The notes under the pieces: generated by a model
Told to the model about the DNA's origin: nothing
Database searches by the model: none
What the model saw: the letters and a program-made list of their open reading frames with translations, nothing else
Shown: in pieces, positions 46,373 to 58,931 of the stretch
Layout of the letters: each line of letters opens with the position of its first letter
Position numbering within the stretch: position 1 is the stretch's first letter
Origin: Candidatus Limnocylindrales bacterium
Lineage (GTDB): Bacteria; Chloroflexota; Limnocylindria; Limnocylindrales; CSP1-4
Direction: 5' to 3'
Assembly: GCA_036002525.1 (NCBI GenBank)
Contig: DASYTG010000039.1
Span: 81,298 to 145,297 of the forward strand
Length of the DNA: 64,000 bases
Position numbers and translations under genes: made by a program

Positions 46373-47637
46373 CGCTCGAGGAACACCGCTGCCGCCATCG
46401 GGCGCAGGCAGTGGGTCGAGCTCATCGCCTGGAGGTATCCGCCGGCGTTCAGCAGCGCGACGACGTCGCCCTCCGACACCGCCGGCATCGGGTAGTCCTC
46501 GGCGAACACGTCGGCGGCCTCGTTGATGTGGCCCGCGACGGTGACCGACTCCGTCCGTGGCGCGGCGGCGTCGCGGCACAGGACGAGCTCCTGGGCGAAC
46601 CGGTAGATGAAGTACGCGCAGTTGACGTTCCAGCCGATGTCGAGGCCTACGAACGTCGTCTGCCGGCGCCGCTCGACGGTGACGACCTCGCCGAGCAGGA
46701 TCGCCGCGTCCTTCGCGATGAAGTCGCCTGGCTCGCAGGCGATCGTCACGCCGAGCGGTCCGAGGTGCCGCGCCAGGAGCGCGGCGTACGCTTCGACGTC
46801 GATCGGCCGCTCGTCATCTCGTGCCGGCCGGCCGAGGCCGCCGCCCACGTTCACCTCGCGGATCGGGCAGCCGGCCGCGACGAGCCCGCGGGTCATCGCC
46901 ACCGCCCGCTCGAGCGCCGCCTCGAACGCCGCGAGCCCATCCCCCAGCCAGCCCGAGCCGGCGTGGAAGTGGACCGTGTCGATCGTCAGGCGATGGCGCT
47001 TCGCGGCGTCGAGCGCATCGGCCAGCCGGTCGGTCCCGATCCCGAACTTCGTCGGCCGTTCGCCGCTGTATGCCAGCCCCTCGTGATAGCCGGCCCCGGC
47101 GCGCGGGTCGACCCGGAGCCCGATTGTTCGGCCCGGCGCCCGTCGGCCCAGCCGCTCGACCTGGCTGACAGCGTCGAGATTGAGATGCACGTCGGCGTCG
47201 AGGAGGACGTCGAGGTCCCGCTCGGACACGTTGGTTCCGGTGTAGCTGATCTCGCCGGCCCGCCAGCCGTTCGCCAGCGCGTGGACGACCTCGCCGGGCG
47301 AGCAGGCGTCGATCCCGACAGCCTCCAGCGACCCGCGAGCGCCCAGCCCGCGGAGCACAGCGAGCACCTCGGGCTCGCGGTTCGCCTTGAGCGCGAACCG
47401 GACGACGTTCGGAAGCCCGGTCCGGGCGAGCGCTGCCTGGAGGCTCTGCGCGTTCTCGGCGAAGCGGGCGAGGTCGTAGGCGTACAGCGGCGTGCCTCGG
47501 CGTCGGGCGAGCGCCTCGGCATCCTCACCGGCGATCGCGAGCTGGCCGCCCCGGATGTCGAGACCCGGCCGAACCCACCACGGGGATCCGGTCGTGCCGG
47601 AACCGGCACCCTCAGCGACGAGCGGCCGCACGCTCAC
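46369..47637 (-). CDS. PLP-dependent decarboxylase of the Orn/DAP/Arg family (diaminopimelate decarboxylase-like)
   Basis: TPLYAYDL, FALKAN, HFHAGSG, GGGLG, CEPGDF. The stop shares the CTAG tetranucleotide with the convergent PPOX stop. Confidence 0.8.
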   Translation of the reverse strand: MSVRPLVAEGAGSGTTGSPWWVRPGLDIRGGQLAIAGEDAEALARRRGTPLYAYDLARFAENAQSLQAALARTGLPNVVRFALKANREPEVLAVLRGLGARGSLEAVGIDACSPGEVVHALANGWRAGEISYTGTNVSERDLDVLLDADVHLNLDAVSQVERLGRRAPGRTIGLRVDPRAGAGYHEGLAYSGERPTKFGIGTDRLADALDAAKRHRLTIDTVHFHAGSGWLGDGLAAFEAALERAVAMTRGLVAAGCPIREVNVGGGLGRPARDDERPIDVEAYAALLARHLGPLGVTIACEPGDFIAKDAAILLGEVVTVERRRQTTFVGLDIGWNVNCAYFIYRFAQELVLCRDAAAPRTESVTVAGHINEAADVFAEDYPMPAVSEGDVVALLNAGGYLQAMSSTHCLRPMAAAVFLER

Positions 47638-47695
47638 CGAGGCCCGAGGCCGTGCTCCGCGAGGCCATCGGCCCGAGGTTCAGCCTGCGCCGTTG

Positions 47696-47968
47696 TCACG
47701 CAGAGTGCGGGTGGACGTGGGCGCGAGGCTTGCCCGATCCCGGCGTCCACCGGTCGGGCCCCGGCTCGACTTCGACGCCGAGCGCCTCGAGGAGCCGGGA
47801 CGCGGTCGCCGAGACGTCGTCGATGGCCGCCTCGAACGCCTCGGCGTTTCGGCTGGACGGCTGACGGAAGCCGCTTACCTTGCGGACGAACTGGCGGGCA
47901 GCGGCCTCGATCTCGCCGGTCGTCGCGGCCGTCTCCGGCCGCCGGAGGGTCTTGATGCTTCGGCACAT
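47696..47968 (-). CDS. DUF2277-family protein
   Basis: MCRSIKTLRRPETAATTGEIEAAARQFVRKVSGFRQPS is the family-typical MCR.IK start. ATG 47968 lies in ORF 47696-48028. Confidence 0.65.
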   Translation of the reverse strand: MCRSIKTLRRPETAATTGEIEAAARQFVRKVSGFRQPSSRNAEAFEAAIDDVSATASRLLEALGVEVEPGPDRWTPGSGKPRAHVHPHSA

Positions 47969-47996
47969 GCGCGCAGAGTAGCGCGGGGTCGTCGAC

Positions 47997-48584
47997 TCAG
48001 CCTCGGGAGACCTCGTCGCGGGCACCATCCGCGAGGCCTCGGACTATGGCATCGACCCCGAACCGGTAAGCGGCGTCGACATCGCCCCCGAGCCGGAACG
48101 CGCCGGCCAGCTCCATGGACACGAAGCCGTGGACGAACGCGGTCACGAGACGGGCTGCCTCGAGCGCGCGCTCTGGCCCGACCAGCCGGCCGGTCACCGC
48201 AAGCAGAGGCGCGGCGGCGCGTGCACTTGCCTCGACCGGGGGCCGGGCATCGGGCGCGAGGCTCCTGAATGTCAGCTGGTAGGCCTGCGGCGCGCGGTGC
48301 GCAAACGCCCGATAAGCTCGAGCCATCCGTCGGAGATCCTCGACCGGATCGTCGCCACGCACGACGGCCGCGATCTCGCGCCCCTGTTCGTCGATCGCAT
48401 GCTCCGCGATCGCCGCGATGAGGGCCGACCGGTTCGCGACCCTCTTGTACAGCGACGGCGCCCGGATGCCGACCCGGGCCGCGACGGCCTGCATCGTGAG
48501 CGCGTCGAGGCCGCCCGCCTCGAGGAGCTCGCGGCCGGCGGCGAAGACGGCGTCGTTCGTCGTACGGGCGCGGGCGGGGCTCAC
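47997..48584 (-). CDS. TetR/AcrR-family transcriptional regulator
   Basis: GLDALTMQAVAARVGIRAPSLYKRVANRSAL (TetR HTH). GTG 48584 overlaps the upstream stop (GTGA). Confidence 0.85.
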   Translation of the reverse strand: MSPARARTTNDAVFAAGRELLEAGGLDALTMQAVAARVGIRAPSLYKRVANRSALIAAIAEHAIDEQGREIAAVVRGDDPVEDLRRMARAYRAFAHRAPQAYQLTFRSLAPDARPPVEASARAAAPLLAVTGRLVGPERALEAARLVTAFVHGFVSMELAGAFRLGGDVDAAYRFGVDAIVRGLADGARDEVSRG

Positions 48585-49027
48585 CGGCCGTTGCGCCCGA
48601 TCCGCCCCAGATGCGTGTCCCGAAACGAGGTCGGGTACTTGAGGCCGTAGCCCAGCGCCCGATCCATCCCGGTGTGGGCGACAAGGATCGCCCCGGTGAT
48701 CGCAATCGCAGCGACGCCCGACCACAGGCCCAGTCCAAGCACGACCAGCCCGATCGCCCAGTTGTGGACGAGGTTGTAGGTGACGGCGCCGACGCGTGCG
48801 TCGCGGAGGTAGCCCACCATCGCAAGGTCCGGCAGGAAGAGGAGCGGCAGCGCCAGGAGCCAGCTGCCGCCCAGGGCGCCGAACACCGCCAGCCCGGCAA
48901 CGAATCCGGCGAGGCCCTCGATCCGGAGGACGGTGGTCACGCTGCGCGGGGAGGCGGACACGCCGGACGTCGCGGCCTGCCCGGTGGCTTGCGCGCTGGC
49001 TTCGAGTTGCATGGTCGCTGCCGTCAT
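48581..49027 (-). CDS. DUF4260-family membrane protein
   Basis: LLFLPDLAMVGYL, AVTYNLVHNW, HTGMDRALGYGLKYPTSFRDTHLG. Confidence 0.7.
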   Translation of the reverse strand: MTAATMQLEASAQATGQAATSGVSASPRSVTTVLRIEGLAGFVAGLAVFGALGGSWLLALPLLFLPDLAMVGYLRDARVGAVTYNLVHNWAIGLVVLGLGLWSGVAAIAITGAILVAHTGMDRALGYGLKYPTSFRDTHLGRIGRNGR

Positions 49028-49061
49028 CGGGAACTCCTTCGGTCAGGGCTTCGGCTGTCAT

Positions 49062-49100
49062 GGCTACTATACGTAGCCTTTATGGCTAATGTCAATAGCC
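49062..49100. promoter_or_regulatory. two 17-bp palindromes GGCTA-N7-TAGCC (candidate TetR operators)
   Basis: GGCTACTATACGTAGCC (49062-49078) and GGCTAATGTCAATAGCC (49084-49100), centres 22 bp apart. They lie in the visibly AT-richer spacer between the DUF4260-tetR operon and tnaA. Confidence 0.45.
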
Positions 49101-49136
49101 CAGATTCTGAAGCGCTCGCGGGCTATCCTGCCGCTG

Positions 49137-50519
49137 ATGGACCGCTGGCGAACGATCATCGAGCCTTTCCGGATCCATTCGGTCGAGCCGATCCGCCTGA
49201 CGACCATCGGAGAACGCGACGCCGCCCTCCGGGCCGCCGGCTGGAATCTTTTCAACCTCCACGCCGACGACGTGATCATCGATCTCCTCACCGACTCGGG
49301 CACGGGCGCGATGAGCCGCGACCAGTGGGCCGGCATCCAGCGCGGCGACGAGTCGTACGCCGGCTCACCGTCGTGGTTCGCCTTCCTCGACAGCGTCCGC
49401 GCCCTGTTCCCCTTCGAGCACGTTATTCCCACCCACCAGGGCCGGGCCGCGGAGAAGATCCTGTTCTCCGCCCTCGGCGGGCCCGGCAAGGTGGTCCCGA
49501 ATAACACGCATTTCGACACGACCCGGGCCAACGTCGAGTTCACCGGGGCCGAGGCTGTCGACCTCGTGATTCCCGAGGGCCGCGTCCCGTCGACGATTCA
49601 CCCGTTCAAGGGCAACATGGACGTCGCGGCCCTCGAGGCGCTGCTGGATGAGCGCGCCGCGGACGTGCCGGTCGTGTTCGTCACGATCACGAACAACTCC
49701 GGTGGCGGGCAGCCGGTGTCGCTCGCGAACCTCCATGCCGTCCGCGACGTCTGCGATCGCTACGAGGTCCCGCTGTTTCTCGACGCCTGCCGGTTCGCCG
49801 AGAACGCCTGGTTCATCCACGAGCGCGAGCCGGGCCAGGACGACCGGCCGATCCCCGACATCGTCCGGGAGATGGCGGCGCTCGCCGACGGGATGACGAT
49901 GAGCGCGAAGAAGGACGGCCTCGCGAACATCGGCGGCTGGCTGGCCCTGAACGACGACGGCCTCGCGGAGCAATGCCGCAACCTCCTGATCCTGACCGAG
50001 GGGTTCCCGACGTACGGCGGGCTGGCCGGTCGCGACCTCGAGGCGATCGCACAGGGCCTTCGCGAGGTGGTCGACGAGGATTACCTGCGCTACCGGATCC
50101 GGTCGACGGCCTATCTCGGCGAGGCGCTCGATCGGGCCGGGGTGCCGGTCGTGAAGCCGTTCGGGGGCCACGCGATCTATCTCGACGCGCGTGCCCTCCT
50201 GCCCCACATCCCACCGCTCGAGTACCCGGGCCAGGCGCTGGCCGCGGCGCTCTACCGGGAGGGCGGGATCCGCGGCTGCGAGATCGGGACGGTTATGTTC
50301 GGGCTGGCGCCGGACGGCACCGAGTCACCCGCGGCGATGGACCTCGTCCGGCTGGCGATCCCCCGCCGGACCTACACCCAGAGCCACATCGACTACGTGA
50401 TCGAGGTCGTCCGCCTTGTCGCGGAGCAGGCGTCCGAGCTGCGCGGGTTCCGGATCGTGGAGCAGCCGGCCGCGCTTCGCCATTTCACGGCCTGGTTCGA
50501 GCCGCTCGGCGCCGGCTGA
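49137..50519 (+). CDS. tnaA: tryptophanase / tyrosine phenol-lyase family beta-eliminating lyase
   Basis: EPFRIHSVEP, IDLLTDSGTGAMS, GDESYAGS, IPTHQGRAAE, NNSGGGQPVSLANL, DACRFAENAWF, MSAKKDGLANIGG (PLP Lys), FPTYGGLAGRD. Collinear with E. coli TnaA as recalled. ATG 49137 is preferred over ATG 49089. Confidence 0.9.
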   Translation: MDRWRTIIEPFRIHSVEPIRLTTIGERDAALRAAGWNLFNLHADDVIIDLLTDSGTGAMSRDQWAGIQRGDESYAGSPSWFAFLDSVRALFPFEHVIPTHQGRAAEKILFSALGGPGKVVPNNTHFDTTRANVEFTGAEAVDLVIPEGRVPSTIHPFKGNMDVAALEALLDERAADVPVVFVTITNNSGGGQPVSLANLHAVRDVCDRYEVPLFLDACRFAENAWFIHEREPGQDDRPIPDIVREMAALADGMTMSAKKDGLANIGGWLALNDDGLAEQCRNLLILTEGFPTYGGLAGRDLEAIAQGLREVVDEDYLRYRIRSTAYLGEALDRAGVPVVKPFGGHAIYLDARALLPHIPPLEYPGQALAAALYREGGIRGCEIGTVMFGLAPDGTESPAAMDLVRLAIPRRTYTQSHIDYVIEVVRLVAEQASELRGFRIVEQPAALRHFTAWFEPLGAG

Positions 50520-50520
50520 C

Positions 50521-51234
50521 GTGCTCGCCGCCGGGCTGTGGGCTCTTCTCGCAGCGTCGTCGCTCGTCGCCGGCGCGCTTCTGTCGCTGACCGGCTGGAT
50601 CCAGGGCCGTAGCCTCAAGCTGCTGATCGCGTTCGGCGCGGGCACGCTGGTCAGCGCCGTCGCCTACGACCTCGTCGAGGAGGCGGTGCGCGTCTCGGCG
50701 ACGGGTCTGTCGGTCGGAGCGGGGTTCGTCACCGGCGCACTCGCCTACTACGCCGGCGACGAGCTCGTCGACCGGATGGGCGGTGGCAGCGCGGGCGACG
50801 ACGGGGGCGGGGTGCCGATCCTCCTCGGCGCGGTCCTCGACGGGATCCCCGAGTCGATCGTCCTGGGGCTGACGCTCGTCGGCGGTGGGCCACCCAGCCT
50901 GGCGATCATCGTCGCGATCTTCGTATCGAATGTCCCGGAGTCGGTCGCGGCGTCGACAAAGATGCGCGCCAAGGGCCGCTCGGCCGCGTGGATCGTCGGG
51001 ATCTGGTCGATCGTAGCCATCGCGAGCGCGGCGGCCGCGGCGATCGGATTCGGCCTGCTCTCGGGGGCATCGGGCGAGCACATCGCGTTCATGAACGCAT
51101 TCGCCGCCGGCGCGATCCTCGTCCTCCTGGCCGACGAGCTCCTGCCGGAGGCCCACGGCGAGTCGGACAAGGTGGTGGGGCTGATGACGGCGCTTGGGTT
51201 CGCCCTCGCTGCCTTCCTGTCGTTCAGCGAATGA
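50521..51234 (+). CDS. ZIP-family metal transporter (ZupT-like)
   Basis: GAVLDGIPESIVLG, IFVSNVPES, AFAAGAILVLLADELLPEA. GTG 50521 lies 1 nt after the tnaA stop. Confidence 0.8.
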   Translation: MLAAGLWALLAASSLVAGALLSLTGWIQGRSLKLLIAFGAGTLVSAVAYDLVEEAVRVSATGLSVGAGFVTGALAYYAGDELVDRMGGGSAGDDGGGVPILLGAVLDGIPESIVLGLTLVGGGPPSLAIIVAIFVSNVPESVAASTKMRAKGRSAAWIVGIWSIVAIASAAAAAIGFGLLSGASGEHIAFMNAFAAGAILVLLADELLPEAHGESDKVVGLMTALGFALAAFLSFSE

Positions 51235-51659
51235 GGCCGGCGCGGGAGATCATCGACCGGCTCGGCCTTCGGCCGCACCCCGAGGGCGGCTGGTACGTCG
51301 AGACGTGGCGTGCACCGGCTGCCGGCGCGGAGCGGGCGGCTGCGAGCGCGATCCTGTTCCTCCTCGCGGACGGCGAGCGGTCGCACTGGCATCGGGTAGA
51401 TGCCGCGGAGATCTGGCAGTGGTCGGCGGGCGCGCCGCTCGAGCTTCGAATCGCCGCTGCGGACGGCGGACCGGTGGAGGCCAACACGCTCGGCGGGGAC
51501 GTTACCGCCGGCCAAGAGCCACAGGTCGTCGTACCCGCCGGGGCGTGGCAGAGCGCCCGGCCGCTCGGTGGCTGGGCCCTCGTCGGCTGCATCGTCGCGC
51601 CCGCGTTCCGGTTCGAGGGCTTCGAGCTCGCCCCACCGGCCTGGGAGCCGGGCGACTGA
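51231..51659 (+). CDS. cupin-fold protein (DUF985-like)
   Basis: LGLRPHPEGGWYVETWR, SAILFLL, SHWHRVDAAEIWQW, GCIVAPAFRFEGFEL. ATG overlaps the ZIP stop (ATGA). Confidence 0.75.
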   Translation: MRPAREIIDRLGLRPHPEGGWYVETWRAPAAGAERAAASAILFLLADGERSHWHRVDAAEIWQWSAGAPLELRIAAADGGPVEANTLGGDVTAGQEPQVVVPAGAWQSARPLGGWALVGCIVAPAFRFEGFELAPPAWEPGD

Positions 51660-51768
51660 CCTGTACCGTCGGGCACCCGGGCCTCGTCTCGCGGGACGGC
51701 ACACTGGGCCGTTTGGCGTCGCCCGAACCGTCGAACGTTCCGTGCGGCGACATGCCAGACTTGGCTCG

Positions 51769-52665
51769 ATGGCGTCTGTCACGCTCGCCCTCGACCACCC
51801 CCTCGACCTCGGCCTGACGCTCGGAATCCACGCCCACGGGCCCGCCGATCCCACGATCCGGAGCGAGGGCGGATGGGTTATCCGCGCGACGCGGACCCCT
51901 GACGGACCGGCGACCGTGGCGCTCCACGTCCACGACGGCCGGCTCGAGGCGGAGGCCTGGGGGCCCGGTGCGGATCGGGCGCTGGCGGCCGTGCCCGCGC
52001 TCGTGGGCCATCAGGACGAACCGGCGCGACTGGGTGCTCCCCGCGGGCTCGTCGCAGAGCTCGCCCGGCGGATGCCGGGCCTGCGGATCGGGCGGACCGG
52101 GAGCGTGTTCGAGGCGCTGATGCCGGCGATCCTCGAGCAGAAGGTGACCGGGACCGAAGCGTTCAACGCGTACCGCGCGCTCGTGTTCGCGTTCGGCGAG
52201 CCGGCTCCGGGTCCGTTTCGGTTGATGCTGGCGCCGGCGGCCGGGACGATCGCCCGGCTGCCCTACTTCGCGTTCCATCCGTTGGGCGTCGAGCGCCGCC
52301 GCGCGGATACGCTGCGCATAGCCGCGACCCGGGCGAGCCGGCTCGAGGAGGCGGCGGATCTCCCGCTCGAGATGGCATATCGGCGGCTCAGGGCGCTCCC
52401 CGGTGTCGGGCCGTGGACCGCGGCGGAGGTGGGTCTGCGGGCGCTGGGCGATCCGGACGCGGTGAGCGTCGGCGACTACCACCTGCCGAGCCTGGTCTCG
52501 TGGGCCCTGGCGGGCGAGTCCCGCGCCGACGACGCACGGATGCTCGAGCTCCTCGAACCGTTCCGGGGCCAGCGGGCGCGGTTCGTCCGCCTTCTCGAGG
52601 CGAGCGGGATCCGCGCCCCGCGCTACGGGCCGCGGATGGCGCCGCGGTCGATTGCCGGGATCTGA
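51769..52665 (+). CDS. HhH-GPD DNA glycosylase (AlkA-like 3-methyladenine glycosylase II)
   Basis: FEALMPAILEQKVTG, LRALPGVGPWTAAEVGLRALGDPDAVSVGDYHL (HhH-GPD with catalytic Asp). Confidence 0.75.
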   Translation: MASVTLALDHPLDLGLTLGIHAHGPADPTIRSEGGWVIRATRTPDGPATVALHVHDGRLEAEAWGPGADRALAAVPALVGHQDEPARLGAPRGLVAELARRMPGLRIGRTGSVFEALMPAILEQKVTGTEAFNAYRALVFAFGEPAPGPFRLMLAPAAGTIARLPYFAFHPLGVERRRADTLRIAATRASRLEEAADLPLEMAYRRLRALPGVGPWTAAEVGLRALGDPDAVSVGDYHLPSLVSWALAGESRADDARMLELLEPFRGQRARFVRLLEASGIRAPRYGPRMAPRSIAGI

Positions 52666-52809
52666 GCGGGAGGGATTCCGCCACATACGCGCCGCAGGCG
52701 TGGTATCTCCCATTCAGGGCACCGATCGAGCCCCAAAGTAGTCGTTTACGGCTACTTCTCGCCGAGGACGGAAGACTCCCGGGGCGGCGCGGCCGCCTTG
52801 CACGCGTTC

Positions 52810-52872
52810 GGTGCGCAGATGCGGAGGAGCGACCTGCCAGTGCCCGCAGGACTGCGGGTTACACTCGGGCCG

Positions 52873-52890
<18 letters not shown>
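52810..52890 (+). ncRNA. candidate structured metH leader (SAH-riboswitch-like pseudoknot topology)
   Basis: Possible helices: CGCAG 52814-18 / CUGCG 52852-56; CCUGC 52833-37 / GCAGG 52846-50; GGAGGAGCG 52823-31 / CGCUCCACC 52878-86 (one A-A mismatch). GAGGAGCG..CUGC and AC.GCUC resemble the SAH element consensus as recalled. Not verified. Confidence 0.25.
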
Positions 52891-56655
<3,765 letters not shown>

Positions 56656-56716
56656 CCATCGCCGCCGCCCGCGGACCAGATAGTCCAGAACCGGTCGATC
56701 GCCTGCCGTCGTAGAC

Positions 56717-57505
56717 TTGGTTGTCGTGACAACGGCTTCGATTCGTCTCGCCCCTAGTCGCGCCCGGAGCTTCCCGGCGCTGGCCACGTCCCTCGCGCTC
56801 CTCGCCTCGGTCGCGCTCGCCTCGCCCGCCGCGGCGGCGGACAAGCCGTACCGGTTCGACCTGTACCGGAAGGGTGACTTCGTCAGCCAGACGACCGTCT
56901 ACATGTGCGTCGGCGCGAGCATGCAGATGATGCTCAACATGATCGAGCCGACCGACAATCGCACAGCCGCTCGCCAGAAGGAGCTGTGGGAGCTGGCTCG
57001 CTCGTTCCGCCGGACGAACGACCCGACCCAGATGAACTCCGGCTCGATCAACCACACCCGGCGCGGCGCCTCGTCGAGGGGTTGGGCCGCGGGTCTAACC
57101 GTCTTGGGCGCGGGGCCGTACCACGTCACCGCCCGACCGACCCTGAAGGAGGCCGCGAACGTCGCCGCGCGGCAGATCCGGCTGACCGGCCAGCCGGTCG
57201 GGCTGCTCGTCTGGCGCGGCGCCCACGCCTGGGTCGTCAGCGGTTTCGAGGCGACCGGCGATCCGCTGTACGACCCGAGGGCCGAGGTCACCCACCTCTA
57301 CATCCTCGATCCGTACTACCCGCGGGTCTCGAAGCTGTGGGGCCCGAGTGCTGCGCCCCATACGAAGATGTCGCTGGCGAAGCTCGGCGAGGACTGGGTC
57401 CAGTGGCGACGCAGTGCCAATCGGCCGGGCCTGACCGGGCGCTGGGCGATGATCCTGCCGTACGTCCAGCAAGACCCCGCCGCGCGGAGGTCGAACCTCC
57501 GCTGA
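56717..57505 (+). CDS. secreted papain-like (C39-like) cysteine peptidase-fold protein, hypothetical
   Basis: Signal-like ALATSLALLASVALASPAAAAD. Candidate nucleophile context QTTVYMCVGASMQMMLN and His in GAHAWVVSGF. The family call is tentative. Confidence 0.5.
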   Translation: MVVVTTASIRLAPSRARSFPALATSLALLASVALASPAAAADKPYRFDLYRKGDFVSQTTVYMCVGASMQMMLNMIEPTDNRTAARQKELWELARSFRRTNDPTQMNSGSINHTRRGASSRGWAAGLTVLGAGPYHVTARPTLKEAANVAARQIRLTGQPVGLLVWRGAHAWVVSGFEATGDPLYDPRAEVTHLYILDPYYPRVSKLWGPSAAPHTKMSLAKLGEDWVQWRRSANRPGLTGRWAMILPYVQQDPAARRSNLR

Positions 57506-57526
57506 GCCGCGGCCGCGCTGCCGGGC

Positions 57527-58801
57527 TCAGCCGTCCGGGAAGAAGCGCGGCAGGTGCTTGCGGTTCGCCTCGAGGAGCGCGTCGAGGAGCTCGGGCGGGC
57601 TCGACCGACCGCGGACCAGCGGGTTCGCGACCAGCGCCCGCAGTGCCGTCCGGCGGTCCCCCGTCCGGCCCGCTTTGACGGCCAGCGTCTCGTACGCCTT
57701 GACCTCTTCGACCAGCCCCCGCAGCTCGGGCGCGAGCGGTGCGAGCGGCAGGGGATGGGCGCCGTCCCGGTCGATCCGGGCCGGGATCTCGACCACCGCG
57801 TCCGCCGGCAGGTCCGGCAGGGCGCCCTCGTTTCGAACGTCGACCACCTGCACGTCGCCGGCGCCGTCGTGGAGCGATGCGATCAGCTGGGCGGCCGCCT
57901 CGCTGTAGTACGCGCCGCCGCGGGTCTCGAGCAACTTCGGCTTCACTGCTAGCGACTGATCGCGGTACAGCTCGAGGAGGCGGGCCTCGATGTCCATGAC
58001 CTCCGCGGCTCGACTGTGGCCGTCACGCTGCTCGCGGACCACCTCGTCGGTCAGGTAGTAGTAGCGCAGGTAGTACGAGGGGATCGCGCCGATCGCCCGG
58101 ACCACCGCCGCCGGCAGGCCGACGTGCGCGGCGAGCTCGTCGCCATCGGCGTCGAGCAGCTCCGGCAGCCGATCGCGACCATCGACTCGTACCGCCCGAA
58201 CCCAGCTGAGGTGGTTGAGCCCCACGTGCTCCAGCTCGACCCGCTCCGGGGCGACGTCGAGCCGGTTCGCGAGCATCCGCTGCAGACCGATCGCCACGTT
58301 GCACAGCCCGATCGCGTGATGGCCCTCGTCGATGAGGGCCTGGCTGACGATCCCGACCGGGTTCGTGAAGTCGACGATCCACGCGTCGCGCGCGGCGCGG
58401 CGCGCGGTCAGCTCGGCGAGCTCGAGGACGACGGGCACTGTTCGTAGCGCCTTCGCGAACCCGCCGGCGCCGGTGGTCTCCTGGCCGACGGTCGCGAACC
58501 GGAGCGGCAGCGTCTCGTCCACGAGGCGCGCCGCCTGGCCACCGATGCGCAACTGGACGAGGACGAAGTCCGCGCCATCGATCGCCGCGTCCCGGTCCGC
58601 GGTGCAGACGAGACGGCCGGGCCAGTCGAGGTAGTCGAGCATCCGGCGGGCGAGGCCGCCGACGACATCGAGCCGCTCGGCATCGATGTCGAGCAGGACG
58701 AGTTCGTCGATCGGAAGGCGGTCGGGTCGCCGGGCGAAGCCATCGATGAGCTCCGGCGTGTATGTGCTGCCCCCGCCGATCACGGCGATCTTCAGGCCCA
58801 A
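57527..58801 (-). CDS. GH4-family glycosidase, ChbF/LicH-like 6-phospho-beta-glucosidase
   Basis: MGLKIAVIGGGSTYTPELIDGF, GQETTGAGGFAKALRTVPV, FTNPVGIVSQA, IGLCNVAIG, GLNHLSW, RGGAYYSEAAAQLI. Collinear with E. coli ChbF as recalled. Confidence 0.88.
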   Translation of the reverse strand: MGLKIAVIGGGSTYTPELIDGFARRPDRLPIDELVLLDIDAERLDVVGGLARRMLDYLDWPGRLVCTADRDAAIDGADFVLVQLRIGGQAARLVDETLPLRFATVGQETTGAGGFAKALRTVPVVLELAELTARRAARDAWIVDFTNPVGIVSQALIDEGHHAIGLCNVAIGLQRMLANRLDVAPERVELEHVGLNHLSWVRAVRVDGRDRLPELLDADGDELAAHVGLPAAVVRAIGAIPSYYLRYYYLTDEVVREQRDGHSRAAEVMDIEARLLELYRDQSLAVKPKLLETRGGAYYSEAAAQLIASLHDGAGDVQVVDVRNEGALPDLPADAVVEIPARIDRDGAHPLPLAPLAPELRGLVEEVKAYETLAVKAGRTGDRRTALRALVANPLVRGRSSPPELLDALLEANRKHLPRFFPDG

Positions 58802-58841
58802 GCCGCACCTCCGGAACCGCGGACCGCGGCCCGTTCCGGGC

Positions 58842-58882
58842 TTGACGGCAGGCGGTCCAATTGCTTATAAGCTTATCAGCAA
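58842..58882 (+). promoter_or_regulatory. sigma70-like promoter TTGACG-17-TTATAA overlapped by a 22-bp near-palindrome (candidate GntR operator)
   Basis: TTGACG 58842-47, TTATAA 58865-70. TTGCTTATAAGCTTATCAGCAA 58861-82 (20/22 symmetric, centred on AAGCTT). This is the only AT-rich patch in the GH4/gntR divergent spacer. Confidence 0.45.
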
Positions 58883-58931
58883 GTCACGGACCCACAAGTC
58901 CCCGAAACGCAGCCGGCGGTGCACTCGACCG

